From Vicugna vicugna (Eukaryota), in NCBI GenBank assembly GCA_013265495.1, contig MU058059.1, positions 3,695,502 to 3,759,501 of the forward strand: a stretch of DNA of 64,000 bases. Reading direction: 5' to 3'. The notes below the pieces were generated by a model that was given only the letters and a program-made list of their open reading frames with translations, was not told where the DNA came from and did not search any database. Below are positions 47,151 to 60,400 of this stretch, in pieces. The position numbers and the translations under genes were made by a program. Numbering within the stretch: position 1 is the first letter of the stretch; each line of letters opens with the position of its first letter.

Positions 47151-48129
47151 GTGTGTAGTGGTGAGACAAGACTGGGAAGCAGGAAGTCCCAGGATGGAGG
47201 CTGCCGGGAGCTCTGGGGCCAGCACCGGGGCCCTGGGAACACATTCTGAGGTAGTTGTCTGAGCCAAGTTCTGACGGACAGGTAGAGGATCAGCAGGTAC
47301 AGCATGAGCAGAGGCTGGCGGGGAGTGCGTCGGATGTAAGGTCTGCAAATACAAGGCTCCAGGGCAGGAGGGCGTGAAGGCTGTGGGGCTGCAAGCAGGT
47401 CAGCGTGTCTGCAGAGTGAGGGCAGAGCTGAAAGGGGAGGCCAGAGGCCAGGCTGGTTTGTCACCTGCAGCTGTGTCGCCTCTTCTTAGCTTTGGGCAGA
47501 TACTTACTTCCTATACGACATCTTTCCTGGGATGATCTAGACCGCCTCAGCCTCATCTTGTCCAGGGGTCTGCCTTGTATTTCCCAAATCTCAGTCTCCT
47601 CTAGACCCCTAGGCCCTCTAGTCAGTCGCACAGACCGGAGAACTGGGCGTCATCCTTCGTGACTCGATGGCCCATGGGACTTTGTCCCCGTGCCTCTAGT
47701 CCCACCTCACACCGTGCTTTGTCTTGACTGCTCCACGCCAGCTACACTGACCTGCCTTTCAGTTTCTCCAGCACAGGCTCCCTCCTGTCGGTAGGTTTTA
47801 CAGGTGGTGGTCCTTCTTCCTGGAAGGCTTCCCCTCCCACCTCACCACTTCCTTGGGGAAGCCTATCCAGCCCCACCCCATCCCCATCACATGTTCTCAT
47901 CTGCATCACATTTGCTCTCACAGGGCCAGTCACAGCATGTGGGTGGACGCTGACCTGTGTGGTGGTGCACGTGGGGCTGGCTGCCCCGCTCACCTGGTGC
48001 CTGAGGGCAGAGAGCATGTGTGCTCTGCTACGCTTATTCTCAGGGCCCGCACAGAGAATGTGCACAATAAATACTTGTGGAAGGAACGTTCTGGAGCTGT
48101 ATTAAACGGGTTTGGGCATTGTCTTGAGG

Positions 48130-48650
48130 GCACCTAGGAACCACCAATGTTGTGAAAGAGGGAATGATTTCATAAGAGTTCATGCTTTAGAACGCTCTCT
48201 GTGGACTAGAGTTGGGAAACGAATTGGAGGAGCCAAGACTGGGAGCAGAGGAACCTGATGGGGTTGTTATGTTGGCGCAGGTGGGAGATGAGGTTGCAGA
48301 ACCAAGACAGCCTCAGTGGAGGCGGGGAAGAGTGGGCAGGGGTGGGAGGTGTTAGGGACCCAACCTGGTGGGACCTAGTGACTGAGTGGAGGGGGGACAG
48401 GATGCCTGTCAGATCTCTGGCTTGAATCGTTGAGCCAATGGTGGCTCCATCTATGAAACAGGGAGCAGAGGGAAGGGGCGGGGGGTGTTTACTAAAGAAG
48501 GAAGATGGCTTTATGGAAAGGAAGGTGATTGATCTGGCCTTGGGCTTGTTGAGTTGAGATATAGGTGCCTGAGAGACAACTGAGCTTAGTCTCCTGAGAA
48601 GTCAGCCCTCAAGGTAGAGGGTTGGGATTTGTCGTGAAACCAGCATAAAA
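48130..48650 (-). mobile_element. L2 fragment
   Basis: Purine-rich antisense L2 body (GGTGGGAGATGAGG...GTGACTGAGTGGAGGGGG...CAGATCTCTGGCTTGA...GGGCTTGTTGAGTTGAG). Confidence 0.65.
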
Positions 48651-48841
48651 TGCTTTCTGTACAGTCTGCTGAGTGCCTCTGGGCAACTGAGGACTTACTT
48701 AAGCGTCACTTACCAATCTTGACACAAAAGACATACGTATTTGAATTTTTATAGAGAAATAACAGTAAAGGGACAAGTCTGAATGGAGAACATCCTGAAG
48801 TGACTTGAAACTGGGGTCCTTTGCCTTTGGCTGGCTCTGTC

Positions 48842-48876
48842 AGTTGAGTGTAGAAGTTGAGTGTAGAAGTTGAGTG
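48842..48876. repeat. 13-bp tandem repeat, about 2.7 copies (AGTTGAGTGTAGA)
   Basis: AGTTGAGTGTAGA AGTTGAGTGTAGA AGTTGAGTG, all exact. Confidence 0.95.
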
Positions 48877-49989
48877 AGGGGCGGCTGCGGAAGCCAAGGG
48901 GACAAGCACCATTCCCTCCTGGAGGGGCCGCCACCCCTGCCGGAGCCGTCCACTTGGGCCCTTCCGCTTGCAAGCAGTTTCTGTTTAGTTTGTAGCTCTG
49001 GAGGAGAGAGACGTGAAGAGGTCAGCCTCAGAGCAGACGCAGCAGGGTAAACGTTAACTAGATGTCAACCTGGCCCCCTTTCCCATCAGACGAGTAATGG
49101 ATTGAACACTCAGGCTGAGCAGTAGCCAGCCTGGAAAGCCTGTATTGACTTTTGGAAGATCATGAAAGAGAAATGGAGGTTTCCTAAATGGGAACCGTTT
49201 TCACACATGTGGATGGGTTGCCTGCGCTACGTCCCCTAGGCTAAAGTGGCCAAACAGGACGGGACGTTGCGAGACTCCCCTGGTCAGTTTTCATCAAGCA
49301 AACTGAAGGGTGCGGAGAGCTTGTTCTGAAATGGCCAGACTCTCCTCCTGACGGATTAATCTTGCTGGCACTGCTTCTCACACCTGGGGCGCTCTCTACG
49401 AAGGCATTCCTGCTAGGGCCACAGCGTCCTCCTGGGGAACCAGTGTGCCACTGGGATTTCACCAGGACTCGGGTTTATCAGAGAAAGTCACGTAGAGGAA
49501 CCCTCTGCACACCCCTGGGGTCTCCTGAGACGTGCTCTCCTCCCCAGGGTCTGGGGAGACCACCAGGGTTCACATGTCTGACTCTCACACCTTGTGATGT
49601 TGAAGAGATCTCAACATTTGAACTCTGTGTGTTAAGTGAAGAATTCCACTTTTTCTCATAAACTGTCTTACAGACACAAACTGATTTTATGACAAGACTT
49701 TCTTTTCTCTAATGTTTACTTTCTTTAGCTCCCAAGCCTTCATTTTTGTCACTATGACCTGAGAAATAAATTCAGCTCAACTGCAGCCATCATATTTTTC
49801 AGATAATGGAATGGATGCAAATAGCCATCCCCATCTTCCTGTGCCTTTGAGCCTCTCCCAACAGACAGTGAGGTCGGGCAGGCCATCACCATTCCAGTGC
49901 CCAGCGTTGGGCCCTTGTGTCAAATCAGCCCCACTTTGATCTTGACTGTGTTATGGACAAATGTGAAAATAGACCGTGGCTTTACACCA

Positions 49990-50170
49990 CGTCTCTCTCT
50001 GCAATTTACGGAAAGAGCTCTGGGTCATTGGATTTAAGTGCAAACAGCCGAGTTTGAGTTCTGACTTTGTGACGTGGGGCTAGTCGTTCAACCACCTGGC
50101 TTCAGTTTCTGTGACGCATAAAATGAAGACTGAGCTACGTGATTGTTAAGATGCTTCCCAGCTCTCTTCC
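49990..50170 (+). mobile_element. MIR/MIR3 fragment
   Basis: TTTGAGTTCTGACTTTGTGACGTGGGGCTAGTCGTTCAACCACCTGGCTTCAGTTTCTG...GATTGTTAAGATGCTTCCCAGCTCT. Confidence 0.55.
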
Positions 50171-53097
50171 CCCCAGTTCTGTGCTTCTGAAGCACCCCTG
50201 ACTTGCAGCCCTTGCTTCCCCAGTGAGGCCCCTGGCCCTCAACCCCGTGTTGGTCCAGCCCCAGGGCTGTGCTCAGTGTGGCTGCCCCTCTGTGCTCTCC
50301 GTCTCCTGAGGCCCAGTCCCCCAACCACGTTCCCATCTCCTCCCTTCTGCAGCCTCCCCTCCCTGCCGGCACAGGGTCAGCCAGGTCTGTCTCTCTTATT
50401 CCTGTCTCCCCTTGTATGTTCCTGTCCCCTCCTGCCACCTCCAACCTCTGGGCCAAGCTCTGAGCCAGTGTCCAGTCCTGCACAGACCTTCTTGTGAAAG
50501 AAGAAAGTCACCTGGTGAGTTGATTCACAGTGAAACACTGATGACGAGGTTCCTTTCTTCTGGTGGAGGTCTCCCATCTGCTACGTGTTCAGTGTGCAGT
50601 GGGGTGAGGCCAGTCCCGTCGCCCTGTCTGTGGCTGGCACCATCGAAGCCCTGAGCCGCCCCACAGGACTGCCCTGGGATCACCTAGCGAGCATCTGGAC
50701 AGTGCTTTGGGGAGACAGACTGTGGACAAGTGTTCACACAAGGTGACTTCTGGAGACAGTGGCCCTGGATGCTATCCCGGGTGTCATCACTGTCACCCTC
50801 TGTCCGCTCATGTCCTCAGCTTGGTCCTGGGAGACGAGGTTCCCCGCCGCGTCTAGGGGCCGGCTGGCTGCACTGCTTGCGCCACCACCCTGGACTGGCC
50901 TCCTGGGCCCTGCTCCACAGCTGGCCAGTGTCCTTCTCTCTGCTTTCCCTGCACGGCGGGAGGGCAGGCGGGGAAGAGTCCTTAACTTTTATGTACTAAG
51001 GTTCATTATGTTAATATCATAATTTGAGTCTGGAACAGGAAAAGGAAGAACATTCAGATGCAAAATGTTGTTGGCCCCATGAGAATGAGACGTAAATACA
51101 CGCTGTGGAACCTGAAAGATTTCAAATCCAAAATGGCAGCCGCCAAACCAAACACATTTGCTGGGCCGTCGTTTGTTGACAGTGAGTCAGGAGTGGCTTC
51201 TGAGGCATCGATTTCCAGCCTTCTCGCCTCGTGTTTTGGATCTGAGCACAGAGGCTGCCCTTTGGATAGGCTGCATTTCCACGGAAAAGCACCAGGCTCT
51301 TGGCCTAGGAGGGGGCGTTGTTCCAAATCTGGACATCCTTGTGAGAGAGGTTCCCATGGCTGCCATCCTTCACTCAACTCATCCTCAGATGAGTTGTTTT
51401 TGTCTCGTTTCAGAGAAGAAGAAGTGCCTGTGCATCTTAAAATTAATCCTTCATGAAAATAATTATTTACTTCATTTTGTGCCCATTTTTAACGGTGAGC
51501 TGGTGTTGGGATTAAAAGTTCAGCCTTGGGCAGTCAGTTTGAGCAAAAAGTAATTTGGGGAATGTTAGAAACCTCTGTTAATCACTTTCATGTTATAGGA
51601 CCACTTGCTTTAACTGGTGAGACAGATAGTCTCTCCTTGTATCCCACTTCTTGAGATGAAAGATGAGATTAAGTAAGTCTGTTCAAGGCATTTGAGGTCT
51701 TATCAAAATAAAGGAGGCCAAAAGGAAGGAAAGGAGAGAGAGACGAAGTGTCTGTATTTGTAGGAAAGAACATGTACTCCAGTCATTCGGGTCACAATTT
51801 TAGGTACCTTCATGCTTGTTAACATCACAAGGAGTCACTGCCACACGCCACACAGACCACACACAAGTACGGTGTGATCGGAAACACGGAAGGCCACAGA
51901 CAGTCCCCAGAGCTTCTGACTGTTCTGTGAGTTACCCTTTGGAAGCAATTTGAAAGCCAGACTCAGTTAGGAAAAGCCCTCCTCTGGGACTCTGGGGGGA
52001 TTCGAAATCTTTGATCACTGCTTTTCCATAATGAGCTCTGATACTTCGAAGGCCACCTCATCCTGGCCACGTGCAGAGGCATTGAGCTCCTGTCTGTAAG
52101 ACGCTGCTTAGAAACTGGGCGTGAGGCAGAGATGAAGCAGTGGAAGCTGGTGTCTCCAGGAGGTGTGAACCCTGAGCCCTGACCCATCCTGAGGCTCAGG
52201 GCCAGCCTCTGGGCACAAGGGACACTGTGGCCACCAAATCAGCCATAAGCACCTGTGAGTCCTGAACAGGAAGGGGGACGGCCCAAGTGTGAGCAGCTTG
52301 TCGTCCCACGGTAGCACCTCTTGAGGCTGGCTGTGATGGCCGCTTTTCTAGCTGCGGGTCCCCTGCTCAGACACAGGCCTGGGCTCCCCAGGGTGGGGCT
52401 GGGGAGAGAACACTTTGGGCAAGGAAGGCTCTCAAGTCACACAGGCTCTTCCACCTGGAGTGCGATCCCAGGGGCTCTCACCGCCCGGCCTGAGCTGCAG
52501 GGACACGCTGCCAACACGTGCTGACACTTGAAAGCAGCAGACAGCTTGAATTAATCAGACAGGAATGAAATCACAGCTGGTTCTCCGGTCAGTACCTGAG
52601 CTCTCCACGGGCAACTGAAGTCATAGAAAGTACACTGAAGAGAGGCCAAAAGAGAGGGTTAAAATACCTAAAAGGAGTAAGAAAATGTTCCGAAGAGGAG
52701 TTTTTCGAAAAGGTGCCTTGACAAGGATTGCTGGATGATAGAGAATCCAGTGGGCCGTATGTGTCGTTGAGATGCAGGCTGTAAGCAGCCGTGTGGGTGG
52801 ATGGTGTAGTCCTGGGGAGAGCGATTGGGAGTGGTGGCTGGGGTTGTCCGATACGAGATCTTCACATGAACTGCCCACTCCCACAGGTCCATTCATCTCC
52901 CTCCTGGTCCATTTACGGGTGTGCCACCGTCTGTCTCACCAGAGAGGAATAAAATCAGAGGTGTAGAGATACCTAGGTGAATCAGAAGTGCCCGTTGTTT
53001 CTCTAAGGGGTGGTCAGAGAAGTTTCCACAGCGAGCCCCCCCATGAGAATGTGTGGACACACTGGTGGGGGCTCCACCACTGCGAGTGATGCCTTTT

Positions 53098-53140
53098 GGT
53101 GCTCTGGGGTTGACATTTTGGCTGATGGTTCTTTGTTGTG
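53098..53140 (-). mobile_element. MER20 (hAT-Charlie MITE), left piece
   Basis: TTGACATTTTGGCTGATGGTTCTTTGTTGTG matches MER20 TTGACATTTTGGGCCGGATAATTCTTTGTTGTG. Confidence 0.75.
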
Positions 53141-53526
53141 TGCGGTTATGGACTGAATGTTTGTTCTCCCTCCACAGTCATACATTGACGTCCTCACTGC
53201 CAATGTGATGGCATCTGGAGATGGGGGTCTGTGGGAGGTGATTACTTTTATGTGAAGTCATGAGGAAGGTGTCCTCGTCAAGGGATTAGTGCCCTTTAGG
53301 AGGAAAGAGAGAGAGACTGGAGTGCTCTTTCCCACTCTCCCTGCCTCACAAGGACACAGCCAGAAGGGCTGACTGCCACCCAGAGAGAGAGATCCTACCA
53401 GAAACCAAACCCTGCAGGACCTTGATCTGGACTTTACAGTCTCCAGAGGTGTGAGAAGATAAAATTCAGTTGTTAATGCCACATAATGCGTGGTGTTTGT
53501 TTTGGCAGCTCAAACTGACACAAGCA
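53141..53526 (+). mobile_element. MaLR solo LTR, MLT1A-like, full length, inserted into MER20
   Basis: GTTATGGACTGAATGTTTG start; GGGAGGTGATTA; GGGATTAGTGCCCTT; GACCTTGATCTGGACTTTACAGTCTCCAGAGGTGTGAGAAGATAAA; GCAGCTCAAACTGACACAAGCA end. Confidence 0.9.
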
Positions 53527-53664
53527 CATTTTTGTATGTTTGGCACCATCTCTGGTTTCTACTCACTGCATGCCTGTAGCATCCTCCCAGTAGTGACAAT
53601 AAAGTGCCTCTGGACACTGCCAGATGCCCCCTGGGGGCAAAGCTGCCCCCACTTGAAAACCAGA
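53527..53664 (-). mobile_element. MER20 (hAT-Charlie MITE), right piece
   Basis: ATGTTTGGCACCATCTCTGGTTTCTACTCACTGCATGCCTGTAGCA...GGACACTGCCAGATGCCCCCTGGGGGCAAAG...TTGAAAACCAG. Confidence 0.85.
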
Positions 53665-56600
53665 GAGGTGCAGACAGGAGTACACGTCTGATTTTGTGTG
53701 ATTTAGCCGGCATGAGTTCTGCAAATTGGGCATGAATGGACAGGGATTCGGTCTGAGAACTGCCCTCTGACCACTTGTGCAATCCCGTTTGTGGATCTAG
53801 GACAGCCCGAAGGCAGCTGAAGAGGAAAAGCCTCGAAGGAGAATGGGGACTGCTGCCAAACACAGGCATTGGCCCTCTGTGGGTGCCTGGAGAGCCCTAG
53901 CCCCTGGAAGGGATGGATCCTGCGGTCCACGCTGGACCCCAAGCCCCTGCCTTCCCTCAGCTCACTGCCCTGCTGGGTGGCTGGGAGACAAAGCTTAGTA
54001 TCGTGAATGACCTGGTTTCTTCTCAAAGTTTCAAAAACATCCTCTTGATGTGGCCACTGTTACTCACGTGGAAACTTGACGAATGGATTTTGGAGATGCT
54101 CTCTTTCAGACAGGCTTGGATGAGACAAGCTTTGAAATTTGGACTCAAATCAGAGGGAAGACTCTGGATAATTGCCCTTAAATTACCTGGGGCTTTTGGG
54201 ATGCTGAAGAGAGAAAATATTCCATAGACGTACCCTGAGAAATCATTTCCATCTGAGATGGTTTGGACCAGCTTTCCAATAAAGGGATGATGTGTCTATT
54301 TCCAGTTGCGCGTTCCCTGAAAATGGACGTAGCCATTGCAGAATTTCGTAATTTCCTTCAGGTTATTAGTTTTAAGCCTGGTCCCTGCTCTTTTCCAGGC
54401 ATTTCTGGAACCATGAGAAATACAGAGGGCCATTCAGAGTTTATGGACAGGAAGGCACCCCACATGTTTGGGCTGGTACACAGAGGCTCCAGCAAGGTGT
54501 TGGTGCCTGAGTGTGCCACCTCTAAGTGTCTTTAAAGCCTTGATAACAAATGTTGAGTCCCAGAAGTGGTGGAACTTCGCTCCATTGTCTCGTCTCTGCC
54601 TGCTTGGCCCCGCTGAGCCATCAGCTCTTCCCTGCTCTCAGTAGTGGTGTCCTGTCTGAGTCACTCTCCACCAGAGATGCATGCCCCGCACACAGAGCTC
54701 CGGTCTGTGGGTTGCACCTCGTCTCCTGTGTTTGCAGCTGCCGTTCTCTACTGGTTTTTACTGTGTCCTCCCTGGGTCCCCTAAGACTGTCAGCCCCTTG
54801 TCCTCTACACACTGTCCTGTCTGGTCCCGGTCCTCAGATGCTCTGGCGCCTGGTGCAGCGTGAGGACCATGAGCTGCCAGCCTGCTTCCTGTTCTTCAAC
54901 CTCTCCCTGCCCTAGTGCCCGTTCTCTCAAGCTCCAGTCTGTCTGCTCTCCAGGAGCCGCTGCTGTCCGTCCAGCCCCGCTTCCTTTCACTCCGAGACTT
55001 CCTCCTCCATCACGTGCCCAAGTCTGGCCAATGTGGGCGAAGTGAGGCCTCGACTCTCATAACTTTCCATAGTATTCCCTGCTCTCTCCTTCCTTCTTTG
55101 TCAACCAGACACAGAGGACCCAGGGAAGCCTTTGGAGGTACAGATGGAAGGAGGGATGGTCCCAAGTTCCTGGATGACTCTGGGATTCAAAGCTCCCCAA
55201 ACCATCCATGCCTCCTCTGCTGACCTATGGGGGCAAAGTAGGAACTTTTGTCAGCTTGGCCCTGAGAATAGTGGTCATTTGTTAACAATAATTAGTCCTC
55301 CTTGACTCATGCTTGTCACCCCCCTGAGTCCCTTGAAGCCACAGTAGCCCTTCTCACCCACAGGCCCTAGGCTAGCCTCCCTGGAGTCCCAGACATGGTG
55401 GGTGTCCTGTCCTCTGCGGGCTCATCCCCTTGGTAGCTTGGGCTCTGTTTCATCAGTGCAGAGGTGACATCTCTCCCTCCCCAACCTTTTTAAAAAAAGA
55501 ACTGTCCCCAGTCCAGAGCTTGCCTCCTGTGCTCCCAACATCTGCTGGGGCTCCAGTCACCTGTGTGTCTCTCCCGCTGCAGAGTGTCTGGGGTCCCAGG
55601 TGCCCTGCCACCTGCTGGCCTCTTCGGAACCCTGACATCAGCGGCCGTGGCTGAGCTGAGCTCCCCAAGTCCAGCCTTTCTCTGCCCTAGCAGCCCCAGC
55701 ATGTCACTGATTGACCCGCATCCTGTAACACCTGCCTTCCATAGCAGCAGGGACATGTGCATCAGTTCTCGATCAATAACTCCCCCTTGTAGGGGGCATC
55801 TGGACTCTAGTGGGCAAGGGGAGACTTCTCTGGAAGGGCTGAGTCTCTCTGCGGGAAGGTTTGGCACCTGTGTGGACGTGTCTGAGATGCTCCCTCCTGA
55901 CCCTCTTCCTCAGTCTGCTGTGAACAGCTGCTTTGATGACACCCCAGGTTCATTACAACTCTGTCTTTTAAAGTGTTTCCCTTGCGTCCTTAATTCAGTT
56001 ATTTTTACTAACCTTGCTGTGTGGTAGGTGTTGTGAGTATGGGGAGCTCGCCACCCCATAGGACCACGGACCCTGGTGTCTGGGGACAGTAGGAAATTTG
56101 GTGCTAAAAATATCAACCAAATACTGTTTGAAAAAGCATACTTAGGTGTTAGGGGCGCGTTCTGATGTTTTGGCTGGATTCCTTTTGAGGACTCTCCTGT
56201 TGTTCCTCCTGGATCGCGGAGACTGCTTGGTCTCTTTGATCTGTCCCTGCTTATCAGTGCAGAGCTTTCCTGGGCATCACTGGGAAAATGGTTTGTGAAA
56301 CAAGCTTCCCCAGTGAGCTCCTGGGGCTGGGACCTGGTGGCCTGCTTTTGATCTGTCACCTGTCCTCCAACGTGCCCAGCTCCACTCACATCTGCTGCGT
56401 GAGCAGCAGGCGGACACCTGCTTCCCAGGCAGAACCCCCGCTGGCTGTGGCGGCTGGGTACAGGACTGGACGCACACGGCGGAACACGCCCGCGGTAACC
56501 GTAACAGTCATTAATAGTCAGCGTGATAATCATCTAGCTGCAGTGGCAACGCACTTGAAAGAGTATCTTTTGGGCGTATTTTCCTCAGTGTCCCAGATGT

Positions 56601-57381
56601 GACAGGAGGATTGGGCTTTTGAAGATGTAAGGGAAACCCCAGAAGGACCCTTCTGGGACCCAGGTTGAAGGCGCTCATGCTGGTTACTAACCTTGGTTTC
56701 TAAACGTGGCACCAGTGGACTTCCTGGACATTTTTTGTCTGATGTGTTGGAAAAGTGTAACCATGGGCGATGTAACAGTGGGGACAAATCAGGATGGGGG
56801 ACACCTGACCTCTGCTGACTCTGCAAAGGGCTATCAGCTGGGGACCCCAGATAAGGGGGGCTCAGAGAACATTCTGGGAGGGGCCTGAGGGGCGGAGGGT
56901 GGAGGCAGGGCTGGGACCAGAGGCACATTGTCCTGGTAACCCTGGTGACTCTGGGGAGAATGAACAGCTGGGAGCTGCTGCTGTGTGGGAGACAGGTCGT
57001 CCCCAGACCAGCCTCTCTGAGTGTCACTTGGCCTTTCAAGGTTTGATTATTTCACAAGGGTTGGAACCTCCCGTTGACACTGAGAGGACTTGGACGCGGG
57101 GGACGTCCTGACGGGCGAGACTCAGCTGCCATAATGGCCCTGGAAACGCCTGGCCCTCCAGTGCCCCGACCCTCCCTCGGAGCCTGACACTGTCCGTGTC
57201 TGTTGGGTCTCATGCCCAGAACCGACATTGCTTCGGTCTCAGGCCCACGCTCTGAATATCACTGCTGGTTACTAGGGGAGACAGCATTCTGCAACAGGAA
57301 AACATGAGTTAGTCAGCCTTTTTATTTGGACTGAGTTACGCCTTATTCCCAAATTGTCTTTACATGTATTTTCGTATCTAG

Positions 57382-57445
57382 TTCTGGCAGAAAGTTCTGA
57401 AGAACAACTTGCCCCGCTGCCGACCTGCCATCTTCTCAAACAGAG
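57382..57445 (+). other. Candidate 64-nt internal exon, probably 5'UTR
   Basis: Pyrimidine-rich acceptor TTGTCTTTACATGTATTTTCGTATCTAG| and donor GAG|GTGTGA; non-repetitive; no ATG. Supported by splice signals only. Confidence 0.3.
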
Positions 57446-60400
57446 GTGTGAAGCATTTCATTAGTGTGCACGCGGGTCTGGGGGCCCGTGAGGGGCGTGC
57501 GGGAGCCGCAGAGCCCGTCTGCACGGGCCCGCGTGTCTGCGCCGGGCAGCTCCGAGAGGGCTGTGCAAGGCCCACACTCGGTGTGCTGGGAGATAGGGCG
57601 CTTTTACCTTCTTTGGGAACATACTTGGCATTTCAAAAAGTGCCTGTGCCACTTCTCGTTAGCAACAGAGCCACTGCCACAGATTTGTGGGTTTCTGATA
57701 AAGGCCCTTAGCATCCATTCCTCTCGTACTAATCTCAACCACAGCACGTGAGCGCACCGACCCTCACCAGCAGTCACAGCAGACGTGCGGGGAGAGAGAT
57801 TAGGCTCCGAGCACGTCCGTCTGCAGGTCACTGTGGCCTCAGGGACCACTGAGGGGCGGGGACAGAGTACTCACAGGGCGCTGGCTGTGGACTGGGTCAC
57901 CTGGGAAACACACAGCAGCAACAGCAACAAAACACCCAACAAAACCCTGATGGCTGGGTGCTGCCCACCAGAGACTGTCATGTAATAACTAACAAGTAAT
58001 TGTGACAATAGTTCATTGGTTCGGGGTGGGTCCCCTGAATGGAAAAATATAAACACTTTCCATATAGTTGCAATACACTGCCAAGGTAGAAACCCCATTC
58101 TTAATTCTCCTGTGTCCTTGTCCGACCAAGTGAAGTACAGGTTTGATGTGTTAGAGTTAATGGCCTCAGCCAGGATTCAAGGGTAAATTTTGGGCAAACG
58201 AGGGATCAAAACTTAAGGTCTGATTTGCTGTCACTATTCTGGGGCCACCAACCAGCCCTCTTTGCCTGGGACTGAGGGGTTTCTGGGAAGTGAGCTTTGT
58301 TTTTAAAACCAGGACTCCTTGGACAAGAATGATAACCTTGCATCCAGCCACGGGCAAGATTGGTTTTGAGCTGTCCCCCCTCACATGTGCCATGTGTCAT
58401 GGTTCAAGGACCTTATTCCACACTGACTGACTGGACCCTTGCTCCCACCCACATGGATCCACAGCGCACCAGCACCGCATTCATTTTCCAGAGGAGGATG
58501 CTGCCATTAAGTGACCCCCCCGAGATGGACAGACGGCAGATATCCTAAGCCAGGTCTCTTGATTTATTCTGAGTTTTCTTGCTACTAGACCACAACCCCT
58601 TGGGCTGTGAGACTGAAGACCACTAGCAGGCTGGTCTTTTAAGTCATGAAAGCATTAAATGTCAGATTCATGCTATCCTAAAAGTGAAAACCCCACCAGC
58701 TTCCTGTTAACCTGTAACTGGAGTCCTGTACGACACAGTGGGAGCTGTTCAAGGTGAAGGAACACCTGGCAGATGGGGGCGTCCTTGTGGGACGAGACTG
58801 GGAGGGCACCTGTTCCAGAGGAAGCTCCTCAGCAGGGACTCAGCCCCGCTCACCTGCTCTTCTCCCTCTGGAGTGTGCCCTTCACGAGGACACAGCTGGC
58901 ACAGTTAGGGTTTTATTCTCAGAGCACAGAGTGCAGGTGACACGTAGGAGACCAGCGTCTCCCAGTGGCTCTCTCTGCCAAGACCACGTCTAACAGGGTC
59001 TGTAGAGGGGCCCTGGTGAGAGGTATTAGAAATGGTCTTTCCTTTCCGTGGTCCTACTGGGGCACAAGCTGCAGGTCCCTCTAGAACTTTCCTTCTGTCC
59101 TGGACAGTCTGGTGAGAGTGGCAAGGTCACAAGGTTATTTACAGAAGATGCTCTTGGGAGAAAGCCCTTCAGTTGTAGGTGCTGCCTCATTTCCCTGAAC
59201 ACCTGTGGTACCTCGATGGGGTCCTTAACCCGGCGTGCTGCGAGGCTCTCTGTCCATCATTCAGTACAGCCTGCTGTCCACCCAGCACAGGAGGCGATGC
59301 CCAGTCCAGCAGGGCTGGCCTGCGTGCTTCCCCTCATCTTTTTTCTGCCTCACACTCTTTGCAGCTCTCCTGGTCCCCTCAAGAAGTATTTTCCTCAGAC
59401 ACTTAGGTGACCGAAGACTTTAGGATCAGAACTTCCTACCAGCACACTGGAGGGTGGATGAAATGGTACACTTCTTTTCATGCAATAGGTGTGTTTTTGG
59501 AAATGGGTTTGTGGGTAAAACTTTAAAAATGTGGACCATTTCCCCAGTAACTGAGCTCACCTTGGGCCCCAGTGTCCATCAGGAACATGAGGGAAGCTGG
59601 CTATGGAGGAGCCTTGAAGGGATGTGCCCTGGCCCCGGCTCACCGTCCAGGGTGGCCGGGAGCATTGTCACATCATGGGGACCCTGCAGCTGACTCAGAC
59701 CAGCCTGCGGAAAGGGCTGTAGAGGCCACCGGGGAAAGGACCCCAAGGACGTGGACAGTGAGGAGAGCGGGGACGGGCCTGTGTCGTGGGTGCTTGGTCC
59801 CAGAGCTCAGCTGGACCCACCCGACTTGGAGGACAGCCCAAGTGCCTGGGTGACAGGACAGGACCTGGGATGAGGCAGTGCCCAGGAGACGGAGGTCACC
59901 CAGCGCCTGCGAACACCGGCACCCGCACTGGTCAGAGTTCACGGGAAGCCAGCACCATCGAGGGTCCAGTCCTTGGCCATCATGACCATGAGCTTAGATG
60001 AAATTGGGGGAGCTCAGATGGGGGTCACGGAGCTCAGTTGAAGGTTGAGGTTTTTTTCCCCCTTCTGTGAGTTATTGTTTTCTCCCCAGAGCACTGAAGA
60101 TGGGGAGACCAGAGTCTGAGACCCTAGAGAAAGAAAGGGTATGAGGATGGGGGTGGTTGCTGAAGGGAAAGGAAATAGAGTCACAGCGAATCTGGAGGTG
60201 ATGGAGGAGGGAGAATACACCCGGGGGTGTAGACAGCCCTGTGGTTCACGGAATCCTAACACGAGGGCCTGACTGCTCTGCCAGGTCACCTGCTATACAG
60301 TGTGGGCTCTTGTCTTATCCTCTGACAGAGCCAGGCTTCGGGAAGCTGTTGATGCCTCAGCCTCTGGGGGACAACAGTGCCCAGTGTCCACGTGTCCTAA

